DNA of 64,000 nt from Candidatus Bathyarchaeota archaeon. Its GTDB lineage: Archaea; Thermoproteota; Bathyarchaeia; Bathyarchaeales; Bathycorpusculaceae. The notes below the pieces were generated by a model. That model was not told where the DNA came from, ran no database searches, and saw only the letters and a program-made list of their open reading frames with translations. Of the stretch, positions 19,562-32,311 are shown in pieces. The first letter of the stretch is position 1; each line of letters starts with the position of its first letter. The position numbers and the translations under genes are program-made. The stretch spans positions 2,272,001 to 2,336,000 of the forward strand of contig OY969706.1 of the NCBI GenBank assembly GCA_963702095.1. Reading direction: 5' to 3'.

Positions 19562-22343
19562 TTATGGTCGTTTTCTAAGCAGAAGCAGTGTGGCTATTGC
19601 AATTGCAATTATGATAGCGACAGCAGTAACTGCCATGTACATCAATAGGTCACTGGTTGTAGCTAAGCCAGTTTGAGGCGGCTGTGTTGGCGCTGCTGTT
19701 GCTGCTTCACTTGCATAGAGTGCTGTTGAAGCCGAAGCTGGATAATACGAGTTGGAGCCTGAGAAGCTTGCGTAGATTTTATAGTTTCCAATAATGTCTG
19801 GTGTCCATGTATAGCTGAAAGTACCGTCAGCATCGCTTGTAGTTGTGCCAATCTCGCGGTAGTTGCCATTAGAGTCAACAACAGCTAACGTGATTGGAAC
19901 TCCAATAGTATTCGATGGTAACGGTTGTTGCTGGTAGACATACTCCATCCATTTGCTTTGGCTTTCATCTGAAACACATGGCACGCCATTGGGGAATCTT
20001 AATGCGACTTCGTTTTGCTTTGTCATTGTAATGTCAGGTGAAGTAATTGCTCTTGTGCCAGGCGAAATATCCATTATTGTACCTCTTATAGTCAACGGTG
20101 TTGCAGTTGTTAAGCCGACATCAGGGGCTGTAACGGTCATAGTGCATGGACCCTTGCCCCAAGCGTATATCTGGTTGTCATAAGCGTTCATTGACAGCAC
20201 AATGTTGTAAGCGACTGCGGTAGACCTAATGTACATGCCTAATTCGCTCCAAACTAACGAGCCATCAGTCATGTTGAGTGCTATCATCTGTGAGCCATGG
20301 AATAGCGGTGGGTTATACTCGTGACCAACGGTGAGGTACGCCACATTAGTCGTGTAGCCAGGTGAGCTGAAAACCCACAGTGGCCAAACGTCATAGGGCG
20401 TTTCAATGCCTGGGTCACCGATCAGTGTAGTTGTGTTCGTGTACCAGAGTTCAGCGCCTGTATGAGAGTCAAAGCACCATACATCTCCTCCTAAGCCGTA
20501 CCAGAGTAATTTACCGTTTACGAATTGGTTGCTGATTCCAAAGTTGTCGTAGACGTTTGGTGTTCCGTCTCCGTAAGGTGTCTCAAGTGTTGTGGTCCAT
20601 AGTTTATCTCCGGTTCTTGTACTGTATGCTGCCATTTCCCAATTAACTAGGTTGACAGTTACGAATTGTCCATCTCCGAATGCGCGGCTTGTTCTGGTGA
20701 AGGGCAGAAGTTCTGTTGATCCGCCTGCATATGTATAGTTCTTGCACCATAACTCGGCGCCAGTGTTCAAGTCCATTGCACAGTAAATTAGCCAGCCAGG
20801 TACTTCGTCACCGCCTCCTTGCATGTGGATGAATCCAGCGCTAAGCACCAATTCGTTGCCAGTTATCGAACTCAGCGAGAGAGAGAGCCTTGGAGTAGTT
20901 GGAGATGTAGATATCGGTGTGCCATCATCAGTTGTAGTTGGTACGTCTACGGTCCACATGACTCCGTCTTGCCAGTTGTATGCTCTGTTTAGGGTTGGTC
21001 CCCATCCAAAGGCTGCGGCGCATGCCAAGAGCCATGGTTAGGTTAACGCATGTTAAGTGCGGTCCAGTGGTGTTCACAAGGACTTGTTGAATTCCTGTGC
21101 CGCCGCCTGAACCTGCAGCTGCGGATGTTCCTGGATAAGGATAGGTAGGTTCGTTTATGCCTGCGGTATTGTTAATGTAGTAGCCCATCAAGTTTCCGTT
21201 GTCGTCTTCTCTGAGCGTCACTGAGGAACCGTTGACGATGCTGCATATGTATTTTCCATCCCAGCCTGAATAGAGGTTCCACTGCGTTCCACGGTTATTG
21301 TATACTACTCCGCCTGTGTCTGCTGCGGGAAGCGTTCCAGTCGTCCAAATATAGGGACCAACAGCACCGTACTGATTAGCCATGTGGAATTTAGTGACCA
21401 TTCCGCATTTCAAGGCGTTTGTTGTGTTTATTGTCCAAAGTGTTGCGCCAGTGTATAAGTCTGAGCATATGATACCGTGAGCTAAGTTTGTGGCTTCTGG
21501 GTATGATGTTGAGTACATTCTGCCGTTTATTATGACTGGTGCATACTGAGGCTGGTACTGCCTAGTTGACCAGTAGCTGCCTGAGTCTTCTGATCCGCCG
21601 CTTGTTCCAACGCTTTCACCGCCAGCTACACCACCTGAAAGCCACTCTTTTGTCCAAAGAACGTGACCTGAATAGACAGAATCAGTGTAGGGGTTGTATC
21701 GTGTGGTAGCATTGTATGCGCCAGTTTGTGCGAAAGTGATTGAGCCAAGGCGAAGCCAGTCTCCTGTAACCTTAGACCATTCCTGCACGTTCTCTGCGCT
21801 GACGGGGGTTTGCCACCAATCAGTTGGAAGTGGAGTAATCGGATAGGCAGTGCGCTCTAGCGGTTCCTGTTGAACGGTCAGAACGTAAGGTTTGCTTACG
21901 CTAGGCATTTCATAGAGACTACCATAGCCTCCCTCTGTAATGTTGCGTCCAGTTAATTGTTGTCCGCCATAGTAGAATGTGAATGTGTAGTTGCCGACTT
22001 TATCTGGGACAAAGTTGAAGAATGTTCCGCCTGTGGTGTCTCCAGTGTAGGGTCCGAAGGTTTTTGGGGTGCCATCTGGGTCGACCATTTTAACGGTCAT
22101 GTTAGTTGGGCGTTCACTGGTTTCTAGCGCTGATGATACGAAGAAGTTGACGTTGACTGTTTGTCCGACACCCACTGGGTTTGGAGCTACGTTGATGAAA
22201 GCATATGTTGGGACTTGATAGTTTTCGGGGAATAAGACTTGTGCGAATGTGCTTGAGGTTAATGCCATAGAAATTGTCAAAGAAGCTATTAGAAATGTTG
22301 CTAGCAATGTAATTATTTTATTTTTATTGAATTTTGTTTGCAT
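19562..22343 (-). CDS. PQQ-like beta-propeller surface protein, paralog 4 (one apparent frameshift near 21020)
   Basis: ORFs 20928-22343 and 19562-21028 are the N- and C-halves, collinear with paralogs 1 and 3. Confidence 0.8.
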
Positions 22344-22366
22344 AATTTCTTTTTCCTTTATTCATA

Positions 22367-22386
22367 TACGAAACGAAAGTTTCGTA
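22367..22386. promoter_or_regulatory. Perfect 8-bp inverted repeat near the predicted start site of paralog 4
   Basis: TACGAAAC-GAAA-GTTTCGTA, ~22 nt downstream of CTTATATT (minus). Confidence 0.5.
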
Positions 22387-22524
22387 AACCTAAGTTATGA
22401 CTTTTCAATATAAGGCAGTGTAGAAGGCGCCACTTACAACAGTTTGGAAGGTTGAAGAGAATTCATTTTCGCAAGCCCCCACTGGCAAAGCTTAAAAATA
22501 GATTGGGCTAATAAAGAAGGCGCT

Positions 22525-23040
22525 ATGTTCCAAGAAGAAGCACTCCAGACACTTATGACTTTGGACTTTCACTTCTGCAATAGAAAATTTACATTTGTTC
22601 ATAATATCAGGAGCAAATGGGATAAGAGGACGACAACTATCAAAAATTCGGAAATTTGTCGTGAGGTTGTATATCGAGTTTTGTCGCCGCTTGAAAAGAA
22701 GGGTTTAGTCGAAAAGATAATATTTCAAGCAACCAGATACAAACCCCTTCCATTCGAAGACGGGGTTCGTTTGCTATAAAGAAAGAGTCAGAAAAATTTC
22801 ATGAAAAAGAAGGCTAAATCTGTTCTTCAGAAATATGTTCCAGATAGTAATTCCGTTGAAAAAGAATCAACATTCATTATTGCGTCTGAATTCTCCTTAT
22901 TACTAACCAAGAAATCCCAGTCTGTCGATCTATTTTCGATAATAAAGAAGTAATACTTCGCACCAACAAGAGCATCGTTCCAGCAATATGGACAAATAAC
23001 GAAAATATAGTGAAATTAACAGCGATTTACTTTAAATGAT
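22525..23040 (+). pseudogene. Degraded tandem duplicate of the TrmB gene at 23266
   Basis: MFQEEALQTL...LEKKGLVEKII...YKPLPFEDGV matches the 23266 gene; several frameshifts plus an internal deletion (ttactaa joined to ccaagaaatccc); upstream DNA also duplicated (22431-22460 vs 23145-23175). Confidence 0.85.
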
Positions 23041-23265
23041 TATCGAATAGCCATAAACAGGCAATCACAGGTAGCTTAGCACTTATTCGAATTATTGGGT
23101 ACACCATACTCCAAGTTTCTTAATTTAAATCTTGTTGAAAGTGCAACTTACAACGGTTGAAAGGTTGAAGAAGACCAATCGCAAATAGATCCCTGAAGCG
23201 TTTGATAATCCGTCACATAAGGCAATGACAAAACTTAAAAATAATGAAAAACAAAAAGCTTGCAC

Positions 23266-24066
23266 ATGTTCCAACATGAAGAAGCCCTCCAAATACTTGT
23301 TGACTTCGGACTTACCCCTCTGCAATCAAAAATTTACATTTGCCTTATTACAGGCGGTTCAAATGGAATCGGAGTAAGAAATATTTCCGATATTTCGAGC
23401 GTGTCCCGAGAAGACGTTTACAGAGTTTTGGCAACACTCGAAAAAAAAGGTCTAGTTGAAAAGATAATTGCACATCCAACCAAATATAAACCGCTTCCAT
23501 TTGAAGACGGCGTTTACTTGCTTATTAAAAAAGAATCAGAGAAACTCCATGTGAAAGAAAAGAAGGCTAAATTGGTTCTTCAAAACATATCAATTCCAGA
23601 TGCCGACCCGATTGAAGAAGAATCGGCTTTCATAGTTGGGTCTGAATTGTCCTTATTACTAAAAAGGCTAAAAGATAAAATCGCCAATACCGAGAGAACA
23701 ATAGACATTATCTATTACAAGCCATTAAAAGTTATCTTATTTCATACGATTGATGAACTCCTCCAAGCATTAGAAAAAGGCGTAAAAATTCGAGTAATAG
23801 GCAGAGAAAACATCAATGAACCATTAAACGAAAACCTAAAGAAATTGAAGAAAAAAAACTCTTTTGAACTAAAAATAATAAACCAAGAAATCCCTGTCGG
23901 TCTATCTATTTTTGATGACAAAGAAGTAATACTTCGTACCGGCAAGAGTATCGTTCCAGTATTGTGGACAAATAACGAAAATATTGTGAAACTAACTTCA
24001 ATCTATTACGATAGTATGTGGAGTAACGGTGAAAAGCAAGAGATAATACTAGGGGATCAAGCATAA
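23266..24066 (+). CDS. TrmB-family transcriptional regulator
   Basis: FGLTPLQSKIY...VSREDVYRVLATLEKKGLVEK...PTKYKPLP; IFDDKEV; YYDSMW. Confidence 0.88.
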   Translation: MFQHEEALQILVDFGLTPLQSKIYICLITGGSNGIGVRNISDISSVSREDVYRVLATLEKKGLVEKIIAHPTKYKPLPFEDGVYLLIKKESEKLHVKEKKAKLVLQNISIPDADPIEEESAFIVGSELSLLLKRLKDKIANTERTIDIIYYKPLKVILFHTIDELLQALEKGVKIRVIGRENINEPLNENLKKLKKKNSFELKIINQEIPVGLSIFDDKEVILRTGKSIVPVLWTNNENIVKLTSIYYDSMWSNGEKQEIILGDQA

Positions 24067-24223
24067 AAACCGGTTGCCTGCTTCACCCAAACCACCTTAT
24101 GCCTTCTTAAGTTAACATGCCCCCTGAAGAAAAGACGACAAAAAATCGAGTTAGCTCTCAAGATGCCACTAAACAAGACAACACTACTAGAAAGAAATAA
24201 AAATTCTGTTTCGGTATGTTGGA

Positions 24224-24334
24224 GGTTTGCTGGGGCTCTGGAACCCGAACTAAAGGAGAAAGAATGGAAAATGCAACTAAACCATTCTTCAACTACCCTA
24301 CTACTAGGTTAACTTTATCCAGAGCCCACTCAGC
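24224..24334. repeat. Repeat family A copy 5
   Basis: Same element. Confidence 0.92.
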
Positions 24335-24411
24335 CCATTTTTTTATCCATTGCATTTATTGTTCCCAAAAAAAGGGAAAGGGAAATTTGTTTTGTGTTTG
24401 TGTGGTGGTGT

Positions 24412-27145
24412 TTAGCGTTTTCGTAGCATCAGCACAACGAGGATTGCGCCGACTAGGAAGACTGCGACGAGGATTGCTGCGACTGCTGGCAGGAAGTATG
24501 AGTCGATGCTTGATGAGTTGTTTGATGTTGGTGGAGGTGTTGTTGCTTGTTGTGCTACTGCGAAGCTGCTTTCTGCGTATGAGGATGCATAGCCGTTTGT
24601 GCCTGCGAAGGATGCGATGACTGTGTAGTCGCCTGCGATGTCGGGAGTCCATGTTAAGCTGTATGCGCCTGATGCGTCAGTGGTTGCTGTGCCTATGGAT
24701 CTGTAGTTGCCGTTAGAGTCAAGCACGTTGACATCGACTGTGACACCGGTAAAGTTCATTGGCGCTGGTTGTTGTTGATAGACATAGCCCATCCAGTCTT
24801 TCATGGATGCATCAGATGACACTGGAACACCGTTGGGGAATTTGGCTTTGGCTGCTGTTTGCTGTGTGCCTGCTGCAACGTCTGTGACTGTTCCACGGAT
24901 AACTATTGGTTGACCGTAACTTGCTGCTAGGTTTGGTGCTGAAATGGTGGTTGCGCTTGGTCCGCGGCCGACGCTGTAGATTTGGTTGTCGTAGCCGTTG
25001 AGGAATACTGAGTAGCCGTCTGCGATTGCATAGCTTTGAGCGGTGAATTCGCCTGTGTAATCTGAGAGCGTCCAGATTTCTTCGCCGGTGGTTGCGTTGA
25101 TTGCGCGTGCTAGGGCGCCTTTGTAGATTGGTGTGCGTATGGTGTGTTCACTGCTGACCAGGTAAACGACATCGTTGCCTACGGCGTTGATAAAGGTCGG
25201 GTAGTCACCGTAGGGTGTGTTGAGGCCTGCATATGTGCTGTTGCCTGCGCCGCCGTTGCCGTAAGTCCAAAGTACGTCGCCGCTGGCGAGGTCATAGCAG
25301 TAGACGATGCCGCCGTAGGAGCTGCTGTAGAGTTTGCCGTTAGCTACTTGTCCGTATGGTTGTGCTGGTGCTGGTTGACCGTAGTAGTCCCAGTCAGTCT
25401 GAGACTCGGTTGGACCCCACATTTTCTCGCCAGTCAGTAGGCTGTAACCGACGAAGTTTGTAGTTTCTTTGTATGTTTCAACAAATACGTTTGAAACTGG
25501 GTCAGCGCCTGCGTAATAGACAGTTAAGTTACCTGCTGGTGGATCGACAGTCGTAGACCACATCTGAGTACCAAAGTGAGCGTCAGAGACGTTGATGTTT
25601 AAGCCGTAGTAGTTGTAGGGTGTCCAGCTTGGAGTAGTGAAGCTTGAGGGAGCAGCTGGGTAAGAGCCGTTCTCGAGCAATAGCATGTTATTGTAGAATG
25701 CTGCTAAAACGGTTGGTGCGGTGGGTGCATTGTAATCTGCTAATGAGATGTTCCAGTCGTAACTGTATGTTGGGCTTGCGGGGTTAACGTCGTTTCCGTT
25801 GACGATGAAGTTGCCATTTGTGGTTGAACCGATCATGGACCAGGTTGCGCCGTTGGTGGCATTGTGGAGTGCTGGTGTGTAGCCACTGTAATCCCATAGT
25901 TTTGAGGAGTTCCATTCAGCAAGGTACCAGTTTGGATTGGTTGCGTTGCCATAGTTGGTTACTACGTAGCGTAAGTGTTCACCGTTTGGTCCCATAGCTT
26001 CAGTGCCTGCAGGAACGCCAGTGACATTGAACAATGCTGTGCCTGTTAATGCGTCGAATGCACGTGCAAAGTTGGAGGTGAACAGAATAGGTTGCATAAC
26101 ACCGTGTTGGTTGGGGTCTTCAAGGTCATAAACGTAGCCAAATGATAGTGCTGGAACATCATTGCGTGACCAGAGAACTTGGCCTGTGCGTAGGTCAACT
26201 GCATCGGTTGGACCTGAATTGGTGCCTGAGAAGCCGACAGGTTCAGTGTAGTACAGAATACCATCGATTACGATTGGGTTAGTGAATCTTTGCAGATATG
26301 CTGAGCCTTCAAAGTAGGTGTTGCCTTGGATTGCAACTGAGTCACCGCCTGTGATACCGCCCATTTGCAATGGCTTAGTCCACATAATGTGGCTTGTCAT
26401 TGGACCAACTGCATCACCTGGATAGCGTTGCATCACTGACCCAAAAGCATAGATTGGGGGGCCAGTGGTGAAGCTGGTGATGTCGCCGGAGCCAGTTGCA
26501 GATAAGACGGGTGCACCTGTGCCGAGCCAGTTAGAAGAGACTGTCCACCAGTCACTGTTAGAACCATAGATTGGTCTTGTCCAGTAATCGGTTGGCAAGG
26601 GGTTGCTTCCGATGGCTGCAGGGATTTGTTCTTCTTGTACGGTGAGGGTTGTTGAGGTATTGCTTGGCAGATAGGTATCATTGACTAGTACTGAGGTGGG
26701 GTTGTAGCCGCCTTCGTATTGTGCGTATGCCTGTCCTGGGAATGAGAAGTACAATTTGTAGACGCCGACTTGGTCAGGGGTGAATTGCATGTATTGGTTA
26801 GAAGTTGAGTCATGGACTATGTCGAAGATTTTTGTGGTAACGTTACCGTCTGGCGCAACGATTGTTAGGTTGTAGTTGTGGAAGCGGTAATTGTTTGCTA
26901 GAGCAGCAACAGCGTTAGATTCGAAGCCTGCGCCGAATACTTGGTCAACCCACGTGAAGATGATCATGGATTCGGCCGACGCCAACGGGGTCAGGTGTTG
27001 CTTCGATGTAGGCGTGGGTTGGGATTTCCCATGATGGAGTGTGTGCTGAGACGTTTGGTATGGCTGCGACAGCGATTGAAGTCGTTAGTAGTACAGTGAG
27101 GATGATAGCGATTAGAGCTTGTTTTGATTTTGCGAAGTTATTCAT
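24412..27145 (-). CDS. PQQ-like beta-propeller surface protein, paralog 5 (apparent frameshift near 26970)
   Basis: Signal-peptide ORF 26945-27145 (...ATPDPVGVG) joins the 24412-26985 body. Confidence 0.8.
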
Positions 27146-27380
27146 TATTTTTTCTCCTTTTGCGTGGCTGAATGGTGATCTAGAGCATTAATAAGAGTTT
27201 TCGATACAAATGGAATAAACAGCCAGTTTGCATCCCAATATGGCGATAATATTTAAAATCAGCGGCTGATAATGGTAAAAAAGCCGATTTCATAAAAAAT
27301 GGGCTACAACATCAAAAAGCATCATTAGTGGTGAACTTTAAATTGTTGTACATCCAACATAACCGTGAAAAGGGAACAGT

Positions 27381-28385
27381 GTGGTTAAAATAGAGCAATT
27401 CAGCGAAGTCCAAGCGAAAATTCTTAAACAGCTACTAGTTGACGGACGCAAAAGCGAGAAAGAAATTGCAGCAGCCACAGGGGTCTCAGAGCAAATTGTC
27501 AAAAAGAATTACCAAGAAATGGAAAAAAAAGGCGTAATCACAGGAGCAACCACACACATAAATTACAAACTGTTTGGCTACCAAGCAGTTAGTTACATCT
27601 CAATTAATGTACACTCCCAGCAAGCAGACAACCTCATCAAATACTTACGAGGGATGCCAGATGTCTACGCTGTTTATTCCACAGGGATAGGTGGAAGTGT
27701 TGATTGTCTGTTGATTCTAAGAACCTTCGAGCAATTAAACGAAGTCAAAGACTGCATTAAAAGAAATTTTTCCGTGCTTGAGATGAAGACTTCTATGTGG
27801 ACTGGAGTAAGAGAGATGAATTATAACATAGCAATCACTGAGGGAAATCGAAAAAATAATGGGTTAATCCACAGTGAGAAAACTAGTAGAGTAACCGCAA
27901 ATTTGATGCAGAAAACAGGTATAACCCTAGATGAGATCGACTTGAAAATGGCTGATCTTCTAACAGAGAACGGGCGGATACCTATCGAAGCCTTGGGTGA
28001 AAAATTAGGGCTTCCAACTTCAACTGCTAAAAGAAAGTTTGAAAGACTAAAAAACAATGGAGCTCTAAAAGTCACCATCCAGATTAGCCCATATAAAATC
28101 GGGTACCGTGCTCTTGGAATTTTTTTTGTAGTCACCTCAGACGAAGAATCCAGTCTCATTATCGACCAACTAAGCGAGATACCCGATATCATAAGCATAA
28201 TGAAAACAAGCGGAGATTATGATCTGCAGATATACGCGATGCTGCAGGACTTGGATCAGTTGCTTAACATTCAGGAAAGTATGGGTAAAATTCCGGGAAT
28301 AATAAAATTAGACACAGAACTATACAGATTTAGCGAAAAATGGATAAAATGGCCTACGCCAAGACAATATATGTCAACGCTATAG
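27381..28385 (+). CDS. Tandem-duplicated (double) Lrp/AsnC transcriptional regulator
   Basis: Two HTH+RAM units: KILKQLLVDGRKS..., LDEIDLKMADLLTENGRIP..., SGDYDL. Confidence 0.87.
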   Translation: MVKIEQFSEVQAKILKQLLVDGRKSEKEIAAATGVSEQIVKKNYQEMEKKGVITGATTHINYKLFGYQAVSYISINVHSQQADNLIKYLRGMPDVYAVYSTGIGGSVDCLLILRTFEQLNEVKDCIKRNFSVLEMKTSMWTGVREMNYNIAITEGNRKNNGLIHSEKTSRVTANLMQKTGITLDEIDLKMADLLTENGRIPIEALGEKLGLPTSTAKRKFERLKNNGALKVTIQISPYKIGYRALGIFFVVTSDEESSLIIDQLSEIPDIISIMKTSGDYDLQIYAMLQDLDQLLNIQESMGKIPGIIKLDTELYRFSEKWIKWPTPRQYMSTL

Positions 28386-28450
28386 AAAAAGGGCGTAAAC
28401 GGCATAAAAAAGCCAAGAATTAAATAATCAGAGTTTAATCTGTAGACCCT

Positions 28451-29455
28451 ATGTCCAACAGGAGACCAGCGACTGCCAAACTCAATGACTTAGACGCAAA
28501 GATTCTAAGAATTCTGCTAAACGACGGTCGAACAGGCTTCGATGAATTGGCGAAAGCAGGTAAAGTCACCAAGAACGTCGCATGGAAACGTTTTAGGGTA
28601 ATGGAGAAAAAGGGCATTATTAAAGGGGCAACTGTTCAAATCAATTATGGCCATTTTGGGTTTGCTGTAAATGCAACGCTGCTAATCAGTGTTAATGCTG
28701 AACATGTTGAACATGTTATGGAGCTTATTCCGAAGATAATTGAGGTGCAAGCCAACCGGCAGTATAATTGTGTCTACAATGTCAGAGCAGTTGCTTGTTT
28801 GAGGGACCTAAATGAACTGGACACAATAAAACAGACAATAAAACAAAAGATACCCACGATTGGGCTGAAGACGTACATTTGGACGGGTGTTAGAAACATA
28901 CCTGAAAACCTGAACCTTAGAGGTAACTCAAAATATCCAGATGAGAACGTCGGACAAGAAAAAGCTAAAAGGGCAAGCAGCCCTAAGCCCGAAAATCCAA
29001 TTGATGATCTTGACAAACAAATCACTGAAAAGCTTACGTTGGATGGACGAGCCTCGTTTACTCAAATTGCAAAACAAATTGGAGTATCCACGGAAACCGT
29101 CATAAACAGGTACAGTAAACTCAGGGAAAAGGGTTCCTTGAAGGCATCAATTCAAATTGACCCCAAAAAAATAGGTTACTACTCTCTGGTAGATTTCAAC
29201 ATAGCCTTTGCAGTGCCCGGCAGCATGTCAAATGTAATTGTTGATTCACTTACAAAAATACCTGACATAGTAAATGTAACCAAAGTAAGCGGCGACTACG
29301 ACCTCCAAGGAACCGCAATGGTTAGAGACATATCTGAATCCTTTGCTATTCAAGACCAAATTGCCAGAATCAACGGCATAACAAAAGTTGAAGTTAGTGC
29401 AAGAAAAATTCCCGACACTTGGCCGGCGCCACATCAACACATCTCAACTTTCTGA
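28451..29455 (+). CDS. Double Lrp/AsnC transcriptional regulator
   Basis: LNDLDAKILRILLNDGRTGF...; IDDLDKQITEKLTLDGRASF...; SGDYDL. Confidence 0.87.
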   Translation: MSNRRPATAKLNDLDAKILRILLNDGRTGFDELAKAGKVTKNVAWKRFRVMEKKGIIKGATVQINYGHFGFAVNATLLISVNAEHVEHVMELIPKIIEVQANRQYNCVYNVRAVACLRDLNELDTIKQTIKQKIPTIGLKTYIWTGVRNIPENLNLRGNSKYPDENVGQEKAKRASSPKPENPIDDLDKQITEKLTLDGRASFTQIAKQIGVSTETVINRYSKLREKGSLKASIQIDPKKIGYYSLVDFNIAFAVPGSMSNVIVDSLTKIPDIVNVTKVSGDYDLQGTAMVRDISESFAIQDQIARINGITKVEVSARKIPDTWPAPHQHISTF

Positions 29456-29480
29456 ATTTCCTGAAACTCTTGTCTTTTAG

Positions 29481-29580
29481 GGTTTGCTGGGGCTCTGGGA
29501 CAATTAAGGAGAAAAGAATGGAAAATGCACTAACCATTCCGGACCGAAACCGCGTAATTTAAATCCAGAGCCCATTCAGC
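29481..29580. repeat. Repeat family A copy 6
   Basis: ggtttgctggggctctggg...aaggagaaaagaatggaaaatgcactaaccattc...tccagagcccattcagc. Confidence 0.92.
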
Positions 29581-29633
29581 CCATTTTTATGCATTTTTTC
29601 TTCCAAAAAAAAGGAAGAGGGGAAATTGTTTTT

Positions 29634-32311
29634 TTATGGACGTTTTCTGATGAGTAGTGCCAGTACAGCGCCGATAACGATGATTACCACGATTATGGCG
29701 ATGCCTATGGTCAAGATGTAGCTTTGAGTTGATGCCATGTCAAGCGTCGACTGTGTTGAGGTTGGTTGAGGTGGCTGCATTACTGTGAAGTGGTCTTCAG
29801 CGTATGATGGCCAATAACCGTTGGTGCCAACAAAGTTTGCGTAGACTGTGAAATCGCCAGAGATATCAGGAGTCCAAGTATAGCTGTAGATGCCTGTTGC
29901 ATCAGTGGTTGCAGTGCCAATTTGGCGGTAGTTACCATTGGAGTCAACAACGGAGAGAGCCACCGTGACACCAGTATAGTTGCTTGGTTGAGGCTCTTGC
30001 TGGTAGACATAGCCCATCCACTCTTTCATGCATGCGTCAGATGCAACGGGTACACCGTTTGGAAAGCGAGCAGATTGTTCATCTTGGGTTGTGCCGCTTG
30101 AGATATCAATGACTGAACCAGTGATGACTAGGGGTTGTTCCCATGCTAAGCCAGAGTGTGGCGCTGAAACTGAAGTAGTGCTTGGTCCTCTGCCGACGAC
30201 GTAAATTTGGTTGTCGTAACCGTTAACCAGGTGTTGAAGCCGTCTGCCATAGCGTAACTCATTTGGCCGAATTCCATAGTAACTGAGGAGATAGTCCAGA
30301 TTTCTGAACCGTCAGTTGCGTTGACTGCGCGGGCTAAACCACCCTTGTAGATGGGTGTAACCCATGTGTGTTCGGTTGTAGTCAAGTAGACAACGCCGTT
30401 TCCAACCGCATGTATGAAGGTTGGGATGTTACCGTATGGCCATGCAAAGCCGCTGTTTGTACTGTTACCTTCTCCGCCGTTGCCGTAGGTCCAGTCTAAG
30501 TTACCGGTTTTTGCGTCATAGCAGTAGAGTATGCCGCCCATTGCCATGCTGTAGAGTTTGCCATAAGCAAATTGACCAGATAGGACACCAGCGCTTGTGC
30601 TGCCGTAGTAGTCGAAGGCTGCCTGTTGCTCAGACATCCAAGTTTGTGCGCCTGTGTCTAAGTCGAATGCAACCCATTTTGTGGCTTCTTTGTAGGACTG
30701 CAGAAAGACGCGTGATTCCCAGTCGACGCCGCCTTGTACGACGGTGTAGTTGTTTGCTGGTGGGTCATATGTCTTCGACCATGATACTGAGCCGATTGCG
30801 CCTTTAGAAGAATCAAGGTTGACTAAGAAGTACGTGTATGGCGTTGTGCTTATTGTGCCGAAAGCCAAGTTTTCGCCGTTACAGGGCAATGTGCCGGTAT
30901 AACAGAGTATGCCATCTCCATATTTAGCTGCAACTATGGTTACTGGAGTTGTATCGGGCTTTGTGTTTAGCCAAGGTATTGAAACGTTCCAGTCGTAGAG
31001 TGTGTTAGTACCAGTGGAAACGCTACCATCTTTTACGCCAGTCATTGAGGGAGCCGCTGAAGTGCCAGGCAGAAAGACCTTTGTGCAGTTCCATTCGCCT
31101 AAGCGCCAATCGGGGTTTGTTGCGTTGCCTGCGTTAGATAGTACATAGTTTAAGTATTGACCGTCTGGACCCATTGATCTTCCAGAGGTGAATGTTGGTA
31201 CGTTGGTGATGTTGAATAGCCAGTTTCCTGTATATGCATCATAGCCCAGCCAAGTGTTTCCGACGATAGCGATTAAAACAGGTGGACATACACCGTGTTC
31301 GTTTTGGGTTTGAACGTTCATGATTAAGCCCATAGACAATGCAGGTACATCAGTTCTTGACCAAATTTCTTCTCCTGTCCGTAAATCAACGCATGTTGTA
31401 GGTCCATAGCCTGCTCCAGGGTTTTGTCTGTAGCCTGTGTTGCTGAATGAGATTGGTTCAGTGTAGAAGAGCATTCCGTCAAGTATGATTGGGTTGTTGT
31501 ATCTGATGAGGTAAGCTGAGCCGTCGAAGAAGGTTTGTCCGGGGATGTCATAGTTGTTTCCGCCGACCACACCTCCGCTCTGCATTGGTTTAGTCCACAT
31601 AATATGACTTGTCATAGATCCGATAGCGTCGCCAGGGTACACTGCTAAACCGTTAGATGCGCCCATGAGGGCATCGGTACCTGTTGCTGTCCAGCCGCCA
31701 TAGTTAGGTGCAGTTATACCGAGCCAGTTGGATGAGATGCTCCACCAGTCAGTGTTTTCACCATAGATGGGGCGAGTCCAATACTCAGATGGAAGCGGAT
31801 AGCTGGTGATGGCTGGGGGTATGGGTTCTTGTTGTACAGTGAGGGTGGTTGATGCACTGCTTGGGAGGAAGGTGTCGTTGACGTATAGTGAACCGGCTGG
31901 TTGGTCTGCTGCAGTTATGGTTTGTCCTGGATAGGTGAAGTTTATTGTATAGGTTCCGACTTCGGTTGGGGTAAAGGTTGTGGCTTGGTTGGATGTGGTG
32001 TCAGCTATGTATGGGAAGCTTTGAGTCTCTACGTGACCGGATGGCGAAGTGATGGTGAGTTGGAAGTTGTGGAATCGGTAGGTGTTCGTGTATCCTGAAC
32101 CATAGAAGTAGTTAGTTAAGAACATGAAGACATTGACTTGCTGGTCGACACCGATTGGATTTGGTGCGCAGACGACATAGGCGTAGGTTGGTATTTCCCA
32201 TCGGGGTTCATGTGCGTTTGCTGTTGGCATAAGTGTTGCGGTTGCTTCGATTGAGCATATTAATATTATCAATATTACTATAGCTAAGGTTTTGTTTTTT
32301 TCAAATTTCAT
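29634..32311 (-). CDS. PQQ-like beta-propeller surface protein, paralog 6 (apparent 1-nt deletion near 30225)
   Basis: tgg-tt-aac where paralog 7 has WFNGYDNQIY; downstream frame continues to RKRP. Confidence 0.8.
29775..30044. repeat. 270-bp direct repeat identical to 33871-34140
   Basis: ctgcattactgtg...gcgtcagatgc reads the same in both; the ORF track shows identical out-of-frame 76-aa ORFs. Confidence 0.9.

Noticed and set aside
24216-24620. Small peptide MENATKPF... encoded by element A (good SD + ATG on the plus strand)
   Set aside because: The ATG is ACG in copy 3, indels shift the frame in copies 2 and 6, and downstream translations and stops are unrelated between copies. Conservation follows base pairing, not codons.
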